Position numbers and translations under genes: made by a program. A stretch of 63,996 nt of DNA, filler included, from Octopus bimaculoides (taxonomy: Eukaryota): the NCBI RefSeq assembly GCF_001194135.2. It is 10 parts of 9 records of this genome, joined end to end, with 100 filler letters (N's around TTAATTAATTAA, not from the genome) between each part and the next. Parts side by side here need not be neighbours in the genome. Positions count along the whole stretch, not along the records: positions 59,776 to 62,848 come from NC_068986.1; positions 62,949 to 63,996 come from NW_026365834.1; 8 more parts are not named here. The stretch is one strand, 5' to 3'. This document shows positions 61,842 through 63,996 of this stretch, one piece after another. Every line of letters starts with the position of its first letter. Within the stretch, counting starts at the first letter, position 1. Under the pieces are notes generated by a model. It was not told where the DNA came from. It saw only the letters and a program-made list of their open reading frames with translations, and searched no databases.

Positions 61842-62289
61842 GGTGACGTCTTATGTGGATTGCCGAAATAGCTTGTGGTGTATGCAAGAGATTAGAAGTA
61901 AGACACCTACCTTCTCTTCGTCGACGCAGACCTCTCCGGCAGTAACGCACCCTTCCACATGGCCCGACCTGAATGCTAAAAATAGCAGCTGCTGTCCCTC
62001 ACCTTGTCGAAACGCTCACATGTCCAGTGCTCTCGGCTACCCTGATTGAAAAGGCCCAATTGTCCCCTGCCTGCGCACGCATCACCTACATGCCCTTGCT
62101 CTTCCGGTCAGCTTCCCAGCTGCTGACGTCATCCCACACTTACTTTTGAAGTAAACTGTCAAACAGTTTGTCAGGCCTGTCTGAAGCAAGTAGCATTATT
62201 CATCTTATCCAAGGATGGATTCGCAAACACACATATATCTATCTGTCTGTCTATATATTTATAAAATGGTACTCTGTTGGTTTTCACGA

Positions 62290-62380
62290 GTATTCCTGTT
62301 GATCCTATTGATGGAACAGCCTGCTCATAAAATCAATGTGCAAGCGGCAGAGCACTCTACAGACATATGTACCTTCGATG
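62290..62380 (-). mobile_element. SINE family C fragment
   Basis: cctgttgatcctattgatggaacagcctgctcataaaatcaatgtgcaagcggcagagcactctacagac. Confidence 0.7.
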
Positions 62381-62501
62381 TGCGTGTGTGTGTGTGTATA
62401 TATATATATATGGGAGATTATACAAAAAATAACAACAGACGAGGACAGGTGGTGTAAATAACAAAAGTATATATTAGTATGACGCTCGGGAATACGGAAA
62501 G

Positions 62502-62538
62502 TCTTTGACGTTTCGAGCTACGCTCTTCAACAGAAAGA
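62502..62538 (-). ncRNA. Minimal type I hammerhead-like motif with non-canonical core (CUGUUGA); best copy of a 3-member repeat family
   Basis: TCTTT-CTGTTGA-A-GAGC-GTA-GCTC-GAAAC-GTC-AAAGA: perfect 5-bp helix I, 4-bp helix II, GUC cleavage triplet, U instead of A at core position 6. Confidence 0.55.
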
Positions 62539-62848
62539 ATACGGAGACAAGGAGAAAAACACGGAGAAAAAAATTGAATAGTGTTCAGTCAACGGTCAAT
62601 CATAATATATATATATGATGGCCGCCCACTTGTGACCGAGGAAGACCATTGCTAACCTTCAGGAACCCTGTGCGCTCAAGGACTAACTTATATTTTGCAT
62701 TTGTGGCTCCGTTGGTGGCTAATGAGCCATGCTCTTGACAAGCATACACAACGGCAAACATTGCAGACCAAGCTTTCCCCATTCACTATACAAGCCGTGC
62801 GCTTTCGCGCAGCTCGCTTAGAGCACACACGCACACACACACACACAC

Positions 62849-62948
62849 NNNNNNNNNNNNNNNNNNNNNNNNNNNNNNNNNNNNNNNNNNNNTTAATTAA
62901 TTAANNNNNNNNNNNNNNNNNNNNNNNNNNNNNNNNNNNNNNNNNNNN
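62849..62948. other. Artificial scaffolding spacer N44-TTAATTAATTAA-N44
   Basis: 100 bp; linker at 62893-62904. Confidence 0.95.
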
Positions 62949-63196
62949 ATATATATTGATACGTTCAATCATTCGTTTATTCATCGATTCATCGATTCCT
63001 TGATTAATTGATACAGATATAGAAACTTACATTCAGAACTCTATGTTTCTGCATCAACGATTCGATGGTCGTTGCACATCTTCAGCTGTGCATACCTGGT
63101 CAGCGCGGTATCATCGACAACAAAACAAGGAAACGCCCACTATTTCCAACGCTATTGAGATCTGCCTGTCTTGGCGTCACACCTGGTTGATCATTA

Positions 63197-63248
<52 letters not shown>

Positions 63249-63584
63249 TGTGTCTTTACGGGGAATTATTTGGGATTCAGGATAACAGAACACTGGGGAC
63301 TAAGTATTTCGAAAGATTTAGAATGTTTCGCTTTGTCTTTGCTTCTGTGTGCCATATAAAACGCATGCAAGTTCAGCCCTTCTCTGCTCGGAACGCTCGT
63401 TTCATTTGCTCTCTCTCTCACCCTCTATCTCTTTCTCTCTCTCTCTCTCTTTGCAGGGCCGCACAAATCACTTCGTGTAACCCAAGAGGGTCCATATAAG
63501 ATTTTAGGTGGGGTCCGCGCAACAAAACAGTAAATTGGGAATCCACAACAGCATTTTACGGGTTCCAAAAATAATTTTACTTCA

Positions 63585-63996
63585 GATGTATGTATTGGTA
63601 TGTATTGCAAGAAACAGCCGAAAAGGTTTCTTTCTCTAACATTTTACATAGTCTCGACCAGCATAAGTTAACGTGTGAAAAACAAAATAAGGATTTTGAA
63701 AGAAGTTTCTATAAAACTAATTTTTAAACATCGAATGACTATGGTGGTTCACCGGAATAAAATAGTAACCAAAGGGGTCCATAGACAGATAATAGTTGAG
63801 AACCCTTGCTTTTGATGTATGTATTCGTATGTATGGCAAAGAAACAGCTGGGTTTCTTTCTCTAACATTTTACATAGTCTCAACCTACACAAGTTAATGT
63901 GTGGAAAACAAAATAGGGATTTTGAAAGAAGTTTGAATAAAACTAATTTTTAAATGGCTATGGGGGTCCACCAGAATAAAATAGTAGTCGAAGGGG
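63585..63996. repeat. Diverged ~229-bp tandem duplication of a MITE-like sequence
   Basis: gatgtatgtatt..gtatgtat...gtttctttctctaacattttacatagtctc...gattttgaaagaagttt...aataaaatagta starts at both 63585 and 63814; the first copy ends ggggtccatagacagataatagttgagaaccc (hAT-MITE-like end). Confidence 0.85.

Overview
AT-rich, microsatellite-dense eukaryotic genomic DNA. The SINE families resemble those I recall from octopus/coleoid cephalopod genomes; this is an inference, not verified by search. The window is a mosaic of 10 pieces joined by nine identical artificial 100-bp spacers (N44-TTAATTAATTAA-N44), so order and orientation between pieces cannot be trusted. Host coding content is sparse and all on the minus strand: (1) a large, nearly complete coding exon of a secreted, probably GPI-anchored leucine-rich-repeat protein (5987-7507); (2) one N-terminal coding exon of an SLC6 Na+-dependent transporter (20095-20284); (3) one internal WD40 exon of a likely LRWD1/ORCA ortholog (44784-45102). 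The rest is mostly transposon debris: three tRNA-derived SINE families, R4/Dong-type retrotransposons sitting in (TAA)n tracts, Penelope-like elements of two types, RTE, L1/Tx1 and CR1/Jockey-like LINE relics, a Ty3/gypsy gag-pro-RT, Tc1, mariner and DD37D/maT transposons, and several MITEs. The most interesting signals are minimal hammerhead-ribozyme motifs (one apparently joined to a tRNA-type Pol III head), head-to-tail R4 arrays in TAA repeats, a SINE with an expandable internal microsatellite, and a fold-back element carrying a templated insertion next to the LRWD1 exon. No rRNA, genuine tRNA gene or CRISPR array is supported.
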